Below are positions 37,171 through 47,730 of a DNA stretch of 64,000 nucleotides, piece by piece (position 1 is the first letter of the stretch; every line of letters begins with the position of its first letter). The notes below the pieces were generated by a model that was given only the letters and a program-made list of their open reading frames with translations, ran no database searches and was not told the origin of the DNA. The DNA comes from an uncultured Planctomycetota bacterium (GTDB lineage: Bacteria > Planctomycetota > PLA2 > JAEUHO01). The position numbers were made by a program, and so were the translations under genes. The stretch lies in assembly GCA_963752285.1 (NCBI GenBank), contig CAVVXN010000005.1, positions 1,088,001 through 1,152,000 on the forward strand, read 5' to 3'.

Positions 37171-39558
37171 ATGCGAAGGCCCATCACCTGGCTCGGCACG
37201 CCGACCGGCCGCGCCGTCGGTGTGCTCGGGACCGCGCTCTTGGTGCTGGCGGCCCTGTTCCTCCTCGGTCCGCGGCCCACCCGCGCCGACCCCGAGGGGC
37301 CGAGCATCGTCCTGACCGAGGAGATGGACCTGCAGGCGTTCCTCCGCCTGATCGGGAACGTCACGCAGAAGCCGCTCTACTGGGACCCCCAGTCCCGCCA
37401 GATCCAGGGCAAGAAGATCATCGGCGCGTCCGACCTGAAGGCCCCCGACAAGAACTCGCTCTTCGACATCGCGCGCGCGCTCCTGACCTTCTACGACCTG
37501 GTCATCATCCCGGTCGGGCCGCCCCAGTACGAGGTGTACCTCGTCATGGACGCGCGACAGACGGCCGGCATCCTGAAGCTCAAGCCGCAGTACATCGAGC
37601 TGACCGACGACAACCTCTCCTACTACGAGAGCCAGGACGGTCTCTTCGTCGCGACCACGATCAAGGTCCAGAACATGACGAGCCTCCGTGAGGCGCGGAC
37701 CGCCGTCTCGAAGATCGTCACGGGGACCAACATCGGGAGCGTCACGGAGGTGCCGGCGGCGCGCTCCTTCGTGGTCACGGACTTCGCCCCGAACGTCGTC
37801 GCGATCTACCGCCTCCTCCGCACGATGGACGTGAAGCCTCCCGGCAAGGAGATCCGCTCGGCCTTCATCGAGCTGAAGTACGCCCTCGCCGACGAGGTGG
37901 AGCCGATCCTGACCGACATCTTCACGGGCCGCGAGCGCATCAACGCCCCGTCGATCCGGCCGAACCAGGGCGACTCGGGCAACGACGTCGAGGAGTACCC
38001 GGAGCCGCGCATCATCAGCGACTACCGGACGAACAAGCTGATCATCTACGGCATCCAGGACGACATCGACGCGATCAGGGACGTCGTCGCCCAGCTCGAC
38101 GTGATCATCTGGCAGCCGAAGTCGTGGGTGCACGTGATCCCCCTGAAGAACCTCGACGCGAAAGACACGGCCGAGACCCTCCAGACGCTCATCGAGCAGT
38201 CCACGTTCTTCGGCACCTCGTCCACGAGCGGTGGCCTCTCGAGCTCGCGGGGCCGGAGCAGCGGCGGGGGGGCCCGCACCACGCCGCCGCCCCGGACGGG
38301 CGGCCCGGAGAGCACGAACCCCTCCGACCAGGAGAAGCCGGCCGTCGTAGCGGACGTGGCCAGCAACAGCCTCTTGATCTCGGCCTCGGAGGAGCAGTAC
38401 GCCCAGCTCAAGAAGATCATCGCCGAGATCGACATCAAGAAGCCGCAGGTCCTGATCGAGGCGGCGCTCCTCGAGCTGACGCTCGACGACTCCTACCGGA
38501 TCGCCGTCGAGCTCGGCCTCGGCGACGACAACGGCCTCGTGAACAAGGGCACGGCGTCCGGCTTCGGCTTCACGACCTTCGGACTGTCCACCTTCGCCGA
38601 CAAGAACGGCGACACGTACTTCACGGACCGCATCCCGAGCTTCGTGGACCAGGGCGGATCGGCCCCCACCGGGCTCGTCGGCGGCATCTTCGCCCTCGGC
38701 CAGATCCCGCTCATCTTCAACCTCCTGAACACGGTCAGCCAGAGCCGGATCCTCCAGCTCCCGAGCATCGTCACGGCCGACAACGAGGAGGCGGTGATCC
38801 AGGTCCTGGACCTGCAGGCCACGTCCCAGAGCACGACCACCTCGGGCGGCAACATCACGGGCGGCTTCGGCTCCTTCCAGGAGGCCGGGGTCACGCTCCA
38901 GATCTCGCCCCACATCGCCGACGCCTCGTACCTCCTCCTCAACATCCGGCTCAAGGTGAGCGCGTTCGTGGGCGAGCCCCGGGTCATCGGCGACGCCCTG
39001 CTCCCCGCCAACCAGATCAGCCGCGAGATCATCACGGCCGTGAGCTGCCCGGACCGCCACACGGTCGTCCTCGGCGGCCTCCTCGGCACGAACCAGACCT
39101 CGTCGGTGGACCGGACCCCGTTCCTCGCCGACATCCCCTACCTCGGCTACCTCTTCCAGGGCACGAGCGCCCGCGACCGGGAAACGAGCCTCTTCCTCTT
39201 CGTCACGCCGACGATCATGGCGGAGCCGGACGGCTTCGACGTCCTCGACCAGGAGTCGTGCAAGCGCAAGCTCAAGGCCGACCAGCTGATCGGCAAGACC
39301 GAGATCTTCAACTCGTACTTCCCGGCCTGCGACTACCAGGACCCGTGCACGGGCTGCATCCGCGGCTCCGGCAGCGCCTCGGACCGCCTGGACAAGCTCG
39401 GCGCGTTCGAGGAGACCCGCTTCTCGGGCGTCAGCGAGGAGCGGCTCCGCGCGGAGCGTGTGGCGCGCCTCCAGGCCCTCGGGGGCGGTTCGAACGCGGC
39501 GTCGAACCCGAACGTCCGGGTGCTCAAGGGCACGCCGGTCGGCAGCACGGGCCGCTGA
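37171..39558 (+). CDS. gspD: Type II secretion secretin
   Basis: Secretin N-domains, 'PQVLIEA', 'GVTLQISPHI', 'PFLADIPYLGYLF', 'LFLFVTPTI'. Confidence 0.9.
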   Translation: MRRPITWLGTPTGRAVGVLGTALLVLAALFLLGPRPTRADPEGPSIVLTEEMDLQAFLRLIGNVTQKPLYWDPQSRQIQGKKIIGASDLKAPDKNSLFDIARALLTFYDLVIIPVGPPQYEVYLVMDARQTAGILKLKPQYIELTDDNLSYYESQDGLFVATTIKVQNMTSLREARTAVSKIVTGTNIGSVTEVPAARSFVVTDFAPNVVAIYRLLRTMDVKPPGKEIRSAFIELKYALADEVEPILTDIFTGRERINAPSIRPNQGDSGNDVEEYPEPRIISDYRTNKLIIYGIQDDIDAIRDVVAQLDVIIWQPKSWVHVIPLKNLDAKDTAETLQTLIEQSTFFGTSSTSGGLSSSRGRSSGGGARTTPPPRTGGPESTNPSDQEKPAVVADVASNSLLISASEEQYAQLKKIIAEIDIKKPQVLIEAALLELTLDDSYRIAVELGLGDDNGLVNKGTASGFGFTTFGLSTFADKNGDTYFTDRIPSFVDQGGSAPTGLVGGIFALGQIPLIFNLLNTVSQSRILQLPSIVTADNEEAVIQVLDLQATSQSTTTSGGNITGGFGSFQEAGVTLQISPHIADASYLLLNIRLKVSAFVGEPRVIGDALLPANQISREIITAVSCPDRHTVVLGGLLGTNQTSSVDRTPFLADIPYLGYLFQGTSARDRETSLFLFVTPTIMAEPDGFDVLDQESCKRKLKADQLIGKTEIFNSYFPACDYQDPCTGCIRGSGSASDRLDKLGAFEETRFSGVSEERLRAERVARLQALGGGSNAASNPNVRVLKGTPVGSTGR

Positions 39559-39762
39559 GCGGGTCCTCGAATCTCGGGTCTCGGCGGCGTCCGCGCCAGG
39601 CGACGCCGGGACCCGGGAATGCGGCGGGCGCCGCGCGCGTCCGATACGGGGAAGTCGGCTCTTCCCCGCCCCGTCGTCCCCTCCGTCTCGTGCGAACCTG
39701 CGGGATGCTGCTCCCGTCGCCGCGAGCGAGACGGGCGGGGTGGGTCGGCGTAGGATCCCCGC

Positions 39763-41472
39763 GTGGAAAACCCTCTCCTCAGCACGCTCCGTGACCTCCA
39801 GCTCCTCGACGAGGAGGTCCTGAACCAGGCCCTGGAGACCCAGCGGGAAACCGGCTGGCCGCTCGACAAGGTCCTCCTCTCGAAGGGCGTCCTGACCGAG
39901 CACGACCTCCTCCGGGCCATGTCCCACAGCCTGGGCATGGAGTACGCCGAGACCCTGAACCACGCGGTCGTCCCGCCCGTGTTCGTGGAGCGGGTTCCGG
40001 TTCAGTTCGCCCGGAACTACTACCTCGTGGGCCTCGCCCAGACGAACGGGACCATGCGGGTCGCCACGGCGTCGCCGTTCGACGCGTACCCGATGGACGA
40101 CCTGGCCGCGATGCTCGGCATGGAGCTCGAGCCGGTCCTCGCCCCGCGGACCGAGATCACGGGCCTCATCAACAAGGCCTACCGGAACAAGCAGGACATC
40201 GTCGAGGAGTCCCTCGGCGACCTCCGGGACGCGGAGCTCGAGAGCCTGGCGGCCGAGGTGGGCGACAGCGAGGACATCCTCGACATCGCCAACAAGGCCC
40301 CGATCATCAAGCTCGTCAACACGCTCTTCTTCCAGGCGCTCAAGATGCGCGCCTCGGACATCCACCTCCAGCCGTTCGAAGACCGCCTCCAGGTCCGGTA
40401 CCGGATCGACGGGATCCTGTACGACATGGAGGCCATCCCGAAGAAGATCCAGGACGCGGTGACGAGCCGCATCAAGGTCCAGGGCAAGCTCGACATCGCG
40501 GAGCGGCGCCTCCCCCAGGACGGCCGGTCCAGCCTCCGCCTCGGCGACGCCGAGGTGGACGTCCGCATCTCGGTCGTGCCGACCAACTACGGCGAGCGCG
40601 TGGTGATGCGTCTGCTCGACAAGTCGGCGCGTCTGTACGAGCTCGAGGAGATCGGCCTCTTCGACCAGAACCTCGAGATGCTCGACCGGTTCATCCACTA
40701 CACGCACGGGATCATCTTCGTCTCGGGCCCCACGGGCTCGGGCAAGACGACGACGCTCTACTCGTGCCTCTCGCGCATCAACAGCGTGCGCATGAACGTG
40801 ATGACGATCGAGGACCCGATCGAGTACCACCTGCCGGGCATCAGCCAGATCCAGGTGAACGAGAAGAAGGGCCTGAACTTCGCGTCCGGGCTGCGGTCGC
40901 TCCTGCGCCAGGACCCCGACATCATGATGGTCGGCGAGGTGCGCGACGTCGAGACGGCGCGCATCGCGGTCCAGGCCGCCCAGACCGGTCACCTCGTGTT
41001 CAGCACGATCCACACGAACGACGCTCCCACGGTCATGACGCGCCTGCTCGACATCGGGATCGAGCCCTACCTGGTGGCGTCGTCCGTGATCGTCGCGATC
41101 GCCCAGAGGCTCGTGCGCCAGATCTGCCCGGACTGCCGGGAGTCCTACGATCCCGACGGCGACGACGTGCTCCGCCTGAAGGAGCTGAACATCGAGGTCC
41201 CCCAGCTCGCGGACGGCAAGCTCGTACGCGGCCGCGGCTGCGGGTCGTGCTTCGGCAGCGGCTATCAGAACCGGACGGGGATCTACGAGGTGCTGCCGGT
41301 GGACGACGAGATCCGCGAGCAGATCGTCGAGCGGTCGAGCGCGAGCAAGATGAAGCGGACGGCGTTCAAGCGCGGCTTCCGGACTCTGCGCATGGACGGC
41401 GCCGACAAGGTCGTCCGAGGCATCACCACGATGGACGAGGTACTCCGCGTGACGCAGCTGGACGTGGTGTAG
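39763..41472 (+). CDS. gspE: T2SS assembly ATPase
   Basis: 'ASDIH', 'RLPQDGR', 'GPTGSGKTT', 'LRQDPD', 'GEVRD', CxxC pairs. Confidence 0.95.
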   Translation: MENPLLSTLRDLQLLDEEVLNQALETQRETGWPLDKVLLSKGVLTEHDLLRAMSHSLGMEYAETLNHAVVPPVFVERVPVQFARNYYLVGLAQTNGTMRVATASPFDAYPMDDLAAMLGMELEPVLAPRTEITGLINKAYRNKQDIVEESLGDLRDAELESLAAEVGDSEDILDIANKAPIIKLVNTLFFQALKMRASDIHLQPFEDRLQVRYRIDGILYDMEAIPKKIQDAVTSRIKVQGKLDIAERRLPQDGRSSLRLGDAEVDVRISVVPTNYGERVVMRLLDKSARLYELEEIGLFDQNLEMLDRFIHYTHGIIFVSGPTGSGKTTTLYSCLSRINSVRMNVMTIEDPIEYHLPGISQIQVNEKKGLNFASGLRSLLRQDPDIMMVGEVRDVETARIAVQAAQTGHLVFSTIHTNDAPTVMTRLLDIGIEPYLVASSVIVAIAQRLVRQICPDCRESYDPDGDDVLRLKELNIEVPQLADGKLVRGRGCGSCFGSGYQNRTGIYEVLPVDDEIREQIVERSSASKMKRTAFKRGFRTLRMDGADKVVRGITTMDEVLRVTQLDVV

Positions 41473-41481
41473 AGCCGTCGG

Positions 41482-42717
41482 ATGCCCGTCTACAACTACA
41501 AGGGCCTGACGCGCGCCGGCGAGGGGAAGACCGGCATCATCGACGCCGACTCGCCGCGTGAGGCGCGGCTCAAGCTGCGGAGCCAGAACCTCCTCGTCAC
41601 CGACCTCTCCCCGCGGGCGCAGAGCGTGCGCCGCGACCGCCAGCGCGCGAAGCTCCTCGACTTCAAGCGCGCGCCGAAGGGCAAGGGCGAGGTGCCGATG
41701 TACACGCGGCAGCTCGCGACGCTCCTCAAGGCCGGTATCCCGCTGGCGCAGTCCATGGCGGCGCTGATCGAGCAGTGCTCCGTCGCCGACCTCGAGGCGG
41801 CGTTCCGCGACGTCCGCGAGAAGCTGACGCAGGGCCTCTCGTTCGCCGAGGCCCTCGCCTACCACCCCCACTACTTCACCGACCTCTACGTGAACATGGT
41901 CAAGGCGGGCGAGGCGAGCGGCAGCCTCGACCTCGTCCTCGACCGGCTGGCCGACTACCTGCAGCGCCAGGCCCAGATCAAGAACAAGATCGTCGCGGCC
42001 CTCGCCTACCCGATGGTCATGATCGGCGTCGGCGTGCTGATCGTGATCATCCTGATGACGTGGGTGGTCCCGAAGGTCATGCAGGTCGTGCAGCAGTCCG
42101 GGCAGCAGATCCCGGCCATGACGATGGCCCTGAAGGGCATGGCCGACTTCCTCGGCGCCTACTGGTACGTACTCGGGTTCGGTGTGGTGGCCATCATGCT
42201 GACCCACCGCCGCCTCAGCCGCCGCGCCGAGTACCGGTACCGGGTGGACCGCGCGAAGCTGGCCCTCCCCGTCCTCGGCGAGCTCTTCAAGAAGGCGGCC
42301 GTGAGCCGGTTCGCGGTCTCCATGAGCACGCTCCTGAAGAGCGGCGTGCCCGTGCTCGAGGCCCTGAAGATCGTGAAGGACATCGTCAACAACGCGGTCC
42401 TCGCCCGGGTCCTCGAGGAGGTCCACAAGCGGATCATCGAGGGCACGGACATCGCCACGCCCATCAAGCGATCCGGCGTGTTCCCGCCCGTGGTCGGCTA
42501 CATGATCGCGGTCGGGGAACAGTCCGGTCAGCTGGAAGAGATGCTCGACCGCGTGGCCGAGGCGTACGACGAGGAGGTCGCCGTCCAGACCCAGAAGGTC
42601 ACGAGCCTCCTCGAGCCGCTCCTGATCGTGGGGATGGCGATGGTGGTGGGCTTCATCGTCATCTCCGTCATGCTCCCCATTCTCAAGATCTCGGACATCC
42701 GGAACATCCGCCGCTGA
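41482..42717 (+). CDS. gspF: T2SS platform protein
   Basis: 'TRQLATLLKAGIPL', 'AGEASGSL', 'GEQSGQLEEML', 'LLEP'. Confidence 0.95.
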   Translation: MPVYNYKGLTRAGEGKTGIIDADSPREARLKLRSQNLLVTDLSPRAQSVRRDRQRAKLLDFKRAPKGKGEVPMYTRQLATLLKAGIPLAQSMAALIEQCSVADLEAAFRDVREKLTQGLSFAEALAYHPHYFTDLYVNMVKAGEASGSLDLVLDRLADYLQRQAQIKNKIVAALAYPMVMIGVGVLIVIILMTWVVPKVMQVVQQSGQQIPAMTMALKGMADFLGAYWYVLGFGVVAIMLTHRRLSRRAEYRYRVDRAKLALPVLGELFKKAAVSRFAVSMSTLLKSGVPVLEALKIVKDIVNNAVLARVLEEVHKRIIEGTDIATPIKRSGVFPPVVGYMIAVGEQSGQLEEMLDRVAEAYDEEVAVQTQKVTSLLEPLLIVGMAMVVGFIVISVMLPILKISDIRNIRR

Positions 42718-42884
42718 CCCGGGTACGCACGTCCGGCCGGGGGACGACCCGCCGCGCTCCCCGCCTGCCGCCGCCCGGGCGGCCTCCGCCCCCCCGACCC
42801 GGGGCCGGGGACTACCGGTAGGATGCAGGGTCGTCGTTCGATCCGGCGTCCAAAGGACGACGTCGGCCCCGCCGGAGGTTTGCC

Positions 42885-43313
42885 ATGTCCCCGCGCCGCT
42901 CGCTACGTGGATCCCGTCCCCTCCGAGACTCCGCCGCTCGCGGCTTCACGCTGGTGGAGCTGATGGTCGTGATCGTGATCCTCGGAAGCCTGATCGCCAT
43001 CGTCGGCCCCCGGGTCTTCCACGCCATCGCCGAGAGTGACAACAGCATCGCCGAGCAGCAGATGCACAACTTCGCGCAGTCGCTCGACATGTACTACATC
43101 AAGCACCGCAAGATGCCGAACACGCTCGACGCCCTGACCGAGGAGGATCCCCAGACCGGCGAGCCCCTCATCGAGAAGATCCCGAACGATCCCTGGGGGA
43201 ACCCCTACCAGTACCACCTCGAGGGTGCGAAGAAGTACAAGATCGTCAGCATGGGCGAGGACGGCCAGGAAGGCACGCAAGACGACATCACCTGGCCGAA
43301 GATCGACGAGTAG
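42885..43313 (+). CDS. gspG: Major pseudopilin
   Basis: 'GFTLVELMVVIVI', 'DPWGNPYQY', 'SMGEDGQEGTQDDI'. Confidence 0.9.
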   Translation: MSPRRSLRGSRPLRDSAARGFTLVELMVVIVILGSLIAIVGPRVFHAIAESDNSIAEQQMHNFAQSLDMYYIKHRKMPNTLDALTEEDPQTGEPLIEKIPNDPWGNPYQYHLEGAKKYKIVSMGEDGQEGTQDDITWPKIDE

Positions 43314-43326
43314 CGGCACGACTCCG

Positions 43327-43989
43327 ATGCGCGCCGGTCGCGGGTTCACCCTGATCGAGCTGATGGTCGTCGTGACCATCCTCGCGACGGCGCTCCTCCT
43401 GGTCCCGCCGAACCTGTACGCGTTCGGCGCGCGCTCCCGCCTCGAGAACGTGGGGAACACCCTCGTCGCCGTGATCGGCGCGGCCCGCGCGCAGGCCATC
43501 CTCGACGGGTACCCCGTCTATCTCGAGTTCGGGAGCTTCAAGGACGACGACGGGAAGGAGCAGCAGGGCTACCGCTGGATCATCACGAGCCAGCCCGCCC
43601 AGCGCTCGGACGAGCTCCTCGGCGCCGAGCGGGCGCGCGACCCCAAGACGGCCGACCAGGAAGACCCGCAGGACCGCAAGTCCAAGGAACGGGAGTGGCT
43701 CGCGACCGAGTGGAACCCCTTCACGCGCGGCGTGAAGCTCGTGGGATTCAGCGAGAAGGGCGACAACTGGCAGCGGGTCCGCGACGACCGCCCCTATCGC
43801 GTAGGCTTCTCTCCCGACGGCGCCGTCGAGAAGTGGTTCGCCATTCGCGTAATGAGCGAGGACCTCGACGTTCGCGAGGAGGACCGCAGCCTGACCGTGG
43901 TGGTGAACGGCCTGACCGGCGAGGCGGCCAGCTACGACGGCTACCGCGAAGTCCCCCCCCAACGCGACGAGCACGACTTTGTCCGGTAA
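43327..43989 (+). CDS. Minor pseudopilin (GspH-like)
   Basis: 'GFTLIELMVV'. Position after gspG. Confidence 0.75.
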   Translation: MRAGRGFTLIELMVVVTILATALLLVPPNLYAFGARSRLENVGNTLVAVIGAARAQAILDGYPVYLEFGSFKDDDGKEQQGYRWIITSQPAQRSDELLGAERARDPKTADQEDPQDRKSKEREWLATEWNPFTRGVKLVGFSEKGDNWQRVRDDRPYRVGFSPDGAVEKWFAIRVMSEDLDVREEDRSLTVVVNGLTGEAASYDGYREVPPQRDEHDFVR

Positions 43990-44047
43990 CGAACCCTTCT
44001 CCGCCCTCGCCACCGTCCGACGCGCGGAGCGGCCGGACGGCCTGGCC

Positions 44048-44719
44048 GTGACGACGACGACGGGTGCGAATGCACGCACAGAGGGGGACGGGCCGCGAGC
44101 GGGCCGCTTTGCGCGCCAGCAGGCCGGCTTCACGCTCCTCGAGGTGATGTGCGCCTTCGCGATCCTGGCCGCCGTGACCGGCTTCCTGACCAAGATCTTC
44201 GTGGAGAGCGTGGACCGCGCGTCCGACGCGCTCGCGCTCCGAGAGCTCCGCGAGGCGGCCGACACGATCTTCCGCAAGATCATCTACGAGAACCAGACGT
44301 ACGACGACGGCACGACCCGCGGCCTCGACCAGGAGTACGGCGACTTCGCTCGGCTCCCCGGCTGGCAGAAGGACCGCTGGGCCATCTACACGATGACCCT
44401 CGAGAAGAAGGAGGAGACGGTCGTCGGGCGCACCGACGACGGCGAGCAGAGCGTGTTCGACGAGGAGAGCTCCTCCTACGCCGACGACGTTTCCGGACAC
44501 TCGTCCTCGTCCCACGCCTCCTCCAGCTCCTCCTCGTCGAGCTCCTCCTCGTCGAGCTCCTCCTCTTCGAGCACCTCCGGCGGCGACGCCGGGACCACGG
44601 GCCGGAAGCTCACGCGCCTCACGCTCAAGATCTACCGTACGGGCGAGAGCCCGGACGACCCCCTCTTCGTGCTCACGACCCGGATCGACACGAAGAAGGG
44701 AGAGACGACCACCAAATGA
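44048..44719 (+). CDS. Minor pseudopilin (GspI-like) with poly-Ser insert; start uncertain (43979-44048)
   Basis: 'GFTLLEVMCAFAIL'. Long Ser tract. Confidence 0.75.
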   Translation: MTTTTGANARTEGDGPRAGRFARQQAGFTLLEVMCAFAILAAVTGFLTKIFVESVDRASDALALRELREAADTIFRKIIYENQTYDDGTTRGLDQEYGDFARLPGWQKDRWAIYTMTLEKKEETVVGRTDDGEQSVFDEESSSYADDVSGHSSSSHASSSSSSSSSSSSSSSSSSTSGGDAGTTGRKLTRLTLKIYRTGESPDDPLFVLTTRIDTKKGETTTK

Positions 44720-45468
44720 GGCGTCTTCGGCGAGGCTTCACGCTGCTCGAGGTCATGGTGTCGCTCACCGTGATGGCCGTGGTAGTGATGTTCATCTACC
44801 AGGTTTTGCAGAACTCCGTTCGCGGCCAGGACATGGTCCGCGAGGGCCTGCGCACACCGAAGATCCAGAACGCCATCCTCGGACAGATCTTCCGCGACTT
44901 CCGGTACATCTACTGGGACGGGTTCACGGGCAACACGGGGTTCGTCGGTCGGAGCCGGGAGGCGGGCGGCAAGGAGGCCGACGCGGTGGACTTCGTCACG
45001 TGCCGTCCCAGCCGGACGGCGCACCTCGAGGACGAGACGGCCCGCGACAACATGCCGAGCCCCATCACGGAGGTCGGCTACGCGTGCCGGGTGAACGACG
45101 AGAACCCGGACTACCTCGAGCTCTGGCGGCGCGAGGACTGGTTCGTGGACGACGACCCGGTCCGGGGTGGGAAGTACACGCTGATCTACGACCGGATCCG
45201 CCGGTTCAGCCTGCTCTACTTCCCGATCCCCGAGGAGAACGTGGACGCGAAGGGGCTCGAGGAGTGGGACTCGCGCGCCAAGGGGAAGCTCCCCTACGCG
45301 ATCGTGCTCGAGATCGAGTTCGACGTGGACGATCCGGCGGCCAAGTCCGCGAAGACCGACGACACGACGGAGCGGATCACGCGCATCATCATCCTGAAGA
45401 ACGCGTACAACGTCGCGCCGGCCACGCCGCCCGGACAGGGGCAGGGGAACACGCCGCGGAGCAGCTGA
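44716..45468 (+). CDS. Minor pseudopilin (GspJ-like)
   Basis: 'GFTLLEVMVSL', 'EVGY', 'LWRRED', 'EEWDS..LPYAI'. Confidence 0.8.
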   Translation: MRRLRRGFTLLEVMVSLTVMAVVVMFIYQVLQNSVRGQDMVREGLRTPKIQNAILGQIFRDFRYIYWDGFTGNTGFVGRSREAGGKEADAVDFVTCRPSRTAHLEDETARDNMPSPITEVGYACRVNDENPDYLELWRREDWFVDDDPVRGGKYTLIYDRIRRFSLLYFPIPEENVDAKGLEEWDSRAKGKLPYAIVLEIEFDVDDPAAKSAKTDDTTERITRIIILKNAYNVAPATPPGQGQGNTPRSS

Positions 45469-45495
45469 GCGCCCGGCGCGGCCCGGCCGCGTCGC

Positions 45496-46785
45496 TCAGC
45501 CCCTCGGGCGGAGGACCTCCGTGCCGCCGAGATACGGGCGGAGCGCCTGGGGGACCCGCACGCTCCCGTCCTCCTGCTGGTGGACCTCGAGGAGCGGAAT
45601 CAGGATCCGGGGCGTCGCCACGACGGTGTTGTTGAGCGTGTGGCAGTGGCGGACGCGTCCCTCGGCGTCGCGGTACCGGAGGTCGAGCCGCCGGGCCTGG
45701 TACTCGTAGAACCGGCTCGCGGTGTGGGTCTCGCCGTACGCGCCGCGCGACGGCATCCACGCCTCCAGGTCGTACTTGAACGCCGCGGCCCGCCCGATGT
45801 CGCCCGTGGCGGTCGCGGTGACCCGGTACGGCAGCTCGAGCGCCCGAAGCACCTCCTCGGCGTTCTGGACGATCGCCTCGTGGTGTGCGCGGCTCCTCTC
45901 CACGTCGGCCACGTCCACGATCACCTGCTCGACCTTGTTGAACTGGTGGACCCGGTAGACGCCCCGCGTGTCCTTCCCGTACGTCCCCGCCTCGCGGCGG
46001 AAGCACGGCGAGAACCCCGCGTAGCGCCGCGGAAGGGCCGCCTCCTCGAGGATCTCACCCGAGTGGAACGCGGTGACGCTCACCTCGCTGGTCCCCGCGA
46101 GCCACATCTCGTCGTCCTCGGAGGTGGGGTTCGCGATGCGGTACGTCTGCTCCTCGGCCCCGGGGAAGTACGCGGTGCCCCGGAGCGCCCACGCCTTCAC
46201 GATCACGGGGACGGAGAGCGGCGTGAACCCCTTGGCCGAGATGGAGTCGAGCGCGAGGCGAAGGACGGCCTGCTCCAGGCGCATGACGTCGCCCATCAGC
46301 ACGTAGGACCGGCTCCCCGCGAGGCGCCCCGCGCGCTCGATGTCCACACCGTCGAGCCCCTGGAGGAGCACCACGTGGTCCTTCGGCTCGAAGGAGAACG
46401 CGGGGGCCTCCCCCCACCGCCGGACCTCGACGCTGGCGGTCTCGTCGGGTCCGTCCGGCGCGTCGTCGTCGGGCGGGTTCGGGACCTCGAGGAGGAGGCG
46501 GTCGATCCGCTCCTGGATCGGCTTGAGCGCGGCGTCCCTCTCCTGGACGTCGGCCTTCAGCTGCTTCAGGCGCTCGAGCACGCGCTCCCGCGACGGGCCC
46601 GAGACGGTGCGGACCTGCTGGCCGAGCGCCTTCTGCTCGGCACGCGCGTCCTCGAGGAGCCGGATCCGCTGGCGCCGGTCGCGGTCGAGCTCGAGGAGCA
46701 GGTCCACGTCGAAGGGGATCCGCTTCCGCTCTGCGCCGCGGCGGACCTCGTCGGGGTGCTCCCGGATCCAGGCGAGGTCAAGCAC
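45496..46785 (-). CDS. serS: Serine-tRNA ligase
   Basis: 'GTSEV', 'CFRREAG..GKDTRGVYRVHQFNKVE', 'YDLEAW', 'HTLNNT'. Confidence 0.97.
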   Translation of the reverse strand: MLDLAWIREHPDEVRRGAERKRIPFDVDLLLELDRDRRQRIRLLEDARAEQKALGQQVRTVSGPSRERVLERLKQLKADVQERDAALKPIQERIDRLLLEVPNPPDDDAPDGPDETASVEVRRWGEAPAFSFEPKDHVVLLQGLDGVDIERAGRLAGSRSYVLMGDVMRLEQAVLRLALDSISAKGFTPLSVPVIVKAWALRGTAYFPGAEEQTYRIANPTSEDDEMWLAGTSEVSVTAFHSGEILEEAALPRRYAGFSPCFRREAGTYGKDTRGVYRVHQFNKVEQVIVDVADVERSRAHHEAIVQNAEEVLRALELPYRVTATATGDIGRAAAFKYDLEAWMPSRGAYGETHTASRFYEYQARRLDLRYRDAEGRVRHCHTLNNTVVATPRILIPLLEVHQQEDGSVRVPQALRPYLGGTEVLRPRG

Positions 46786-47560
46786 GGGACACCCCGGTCG
46801 GGCGGAGGTCCTCGGCCTCGAGCGCGGCGGCGTAGCGGGCGAGCCCCGCCTCTTCGCGCGGGCCGATCGGGTACGTCACGTTCTCCCGGACGTAGCGCGC
46901 CGCCACCTCCGGGTCCTCGCCGCGTTCGGTGGCCCACGCGCGCGCGAGGGCCTCGCGGCGTGCGATCCCCGAGCGGGCCGCCGCGTCCAGGCGCGTGGCG
47001 AGCGCCTCGCGCTCGTCCGCGGCGAGCCCGGGGCGCGCGGTCCACCGCGCGTACACGAACGGGAGCCCCGTCCGCTCCCGCCAGGCGAGGCCGAGGTCCA
47101 CGACCTCCCCCGGCCACGGGAGGTCGCGGTAGCGAAGGGCCGGGTCGCCGATCACGAGGACCGCGTCGGCGACCTCCGTCCGCGGGTCGGCGCCGGGCCG
47201 CGCGCCGGCGCGGAACCGTACGTCCGGCCCGGCCGCGCCGAGGACGACGTGCCGCGCGAGTCCGGCGCTGGTGCGGCTCGCAGGATCGAGCGCGACCGTC
47301 CGGACGCGCGCGAGGGGCACGCGCAGGAAGAGGAGGACGCTCGCGACGGGCCCGTCGCTCACGATGCCGTGGCGGCCGAGGTAGCAAAGCCCCCGGCCCC
47401 GGATCGCCTCGGCGACGGGCAGCAACGCCGCGTCGATCTCGCCCGCGACGAGCCGCGGCGCGAGACGGGAGGGCACGTCCACGAGGCGTTCCACGTCCGA
47501 CGGGAGGTCCGCGACGAGCGGGAGCGCGTTCAAGTAGGGGACGATGCCGACCAGGACCAT
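46778..47560 (-). CDS. mqnA: Chorismate dehydratase (futalosine pathway)
   Basis: 'VPYLNALPL', 'GPVASV', 'ASRTS', 'IGDPAL', 'DLGLAW..TGLPFVYARW'. Confidence 0.9.
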   Translation of the reverse strand: MVLVGIVPYLNALPLVADLPSDVERLVDVPSRLAPRLVAGEIDAALLPVAEAIRGRGLCYLGRHGIVSDGPVASVLLFLRVPLARVRTVALDPASRTSAGLARHVVLGAAGPDVRFRAGARPGADPRTEVADAVLVIGDPALRYRDLPWPGEVVDLGLAWRERTGLPFVYARWTARPGLAADEREALATRLDAAARSGIARREALARAWATERGEDPEVAARYVRENVTYPIGPREEAGLARYAAALEAEDLRPTGVSRA

Positions 47561-47730
47561 GGCGTCGCGGGACCGTATCCCCGGCGGGGGGCGGGGTCCA
47601 CTCCCGGGCGAGGCGCGCCGGAGGTCCCGCCGGGCCGGGTCTCTACGACGCCGCCCGCCCTCCGCGCGGCGGGGGGCGGGCGGCGCGAGACCGGACCCGA
47701 GGCGCCCGGACGACGCCTCGGAGGATCCGC

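Noticed and set aside
21600..42426. Very long antisense or off-frame ORFs (e.g. 21600-26042, 32721-36458, 37063-42426)
   Set aside because: Shadow ORFs caused by stop-codon scarcity in high-GC coding DNA
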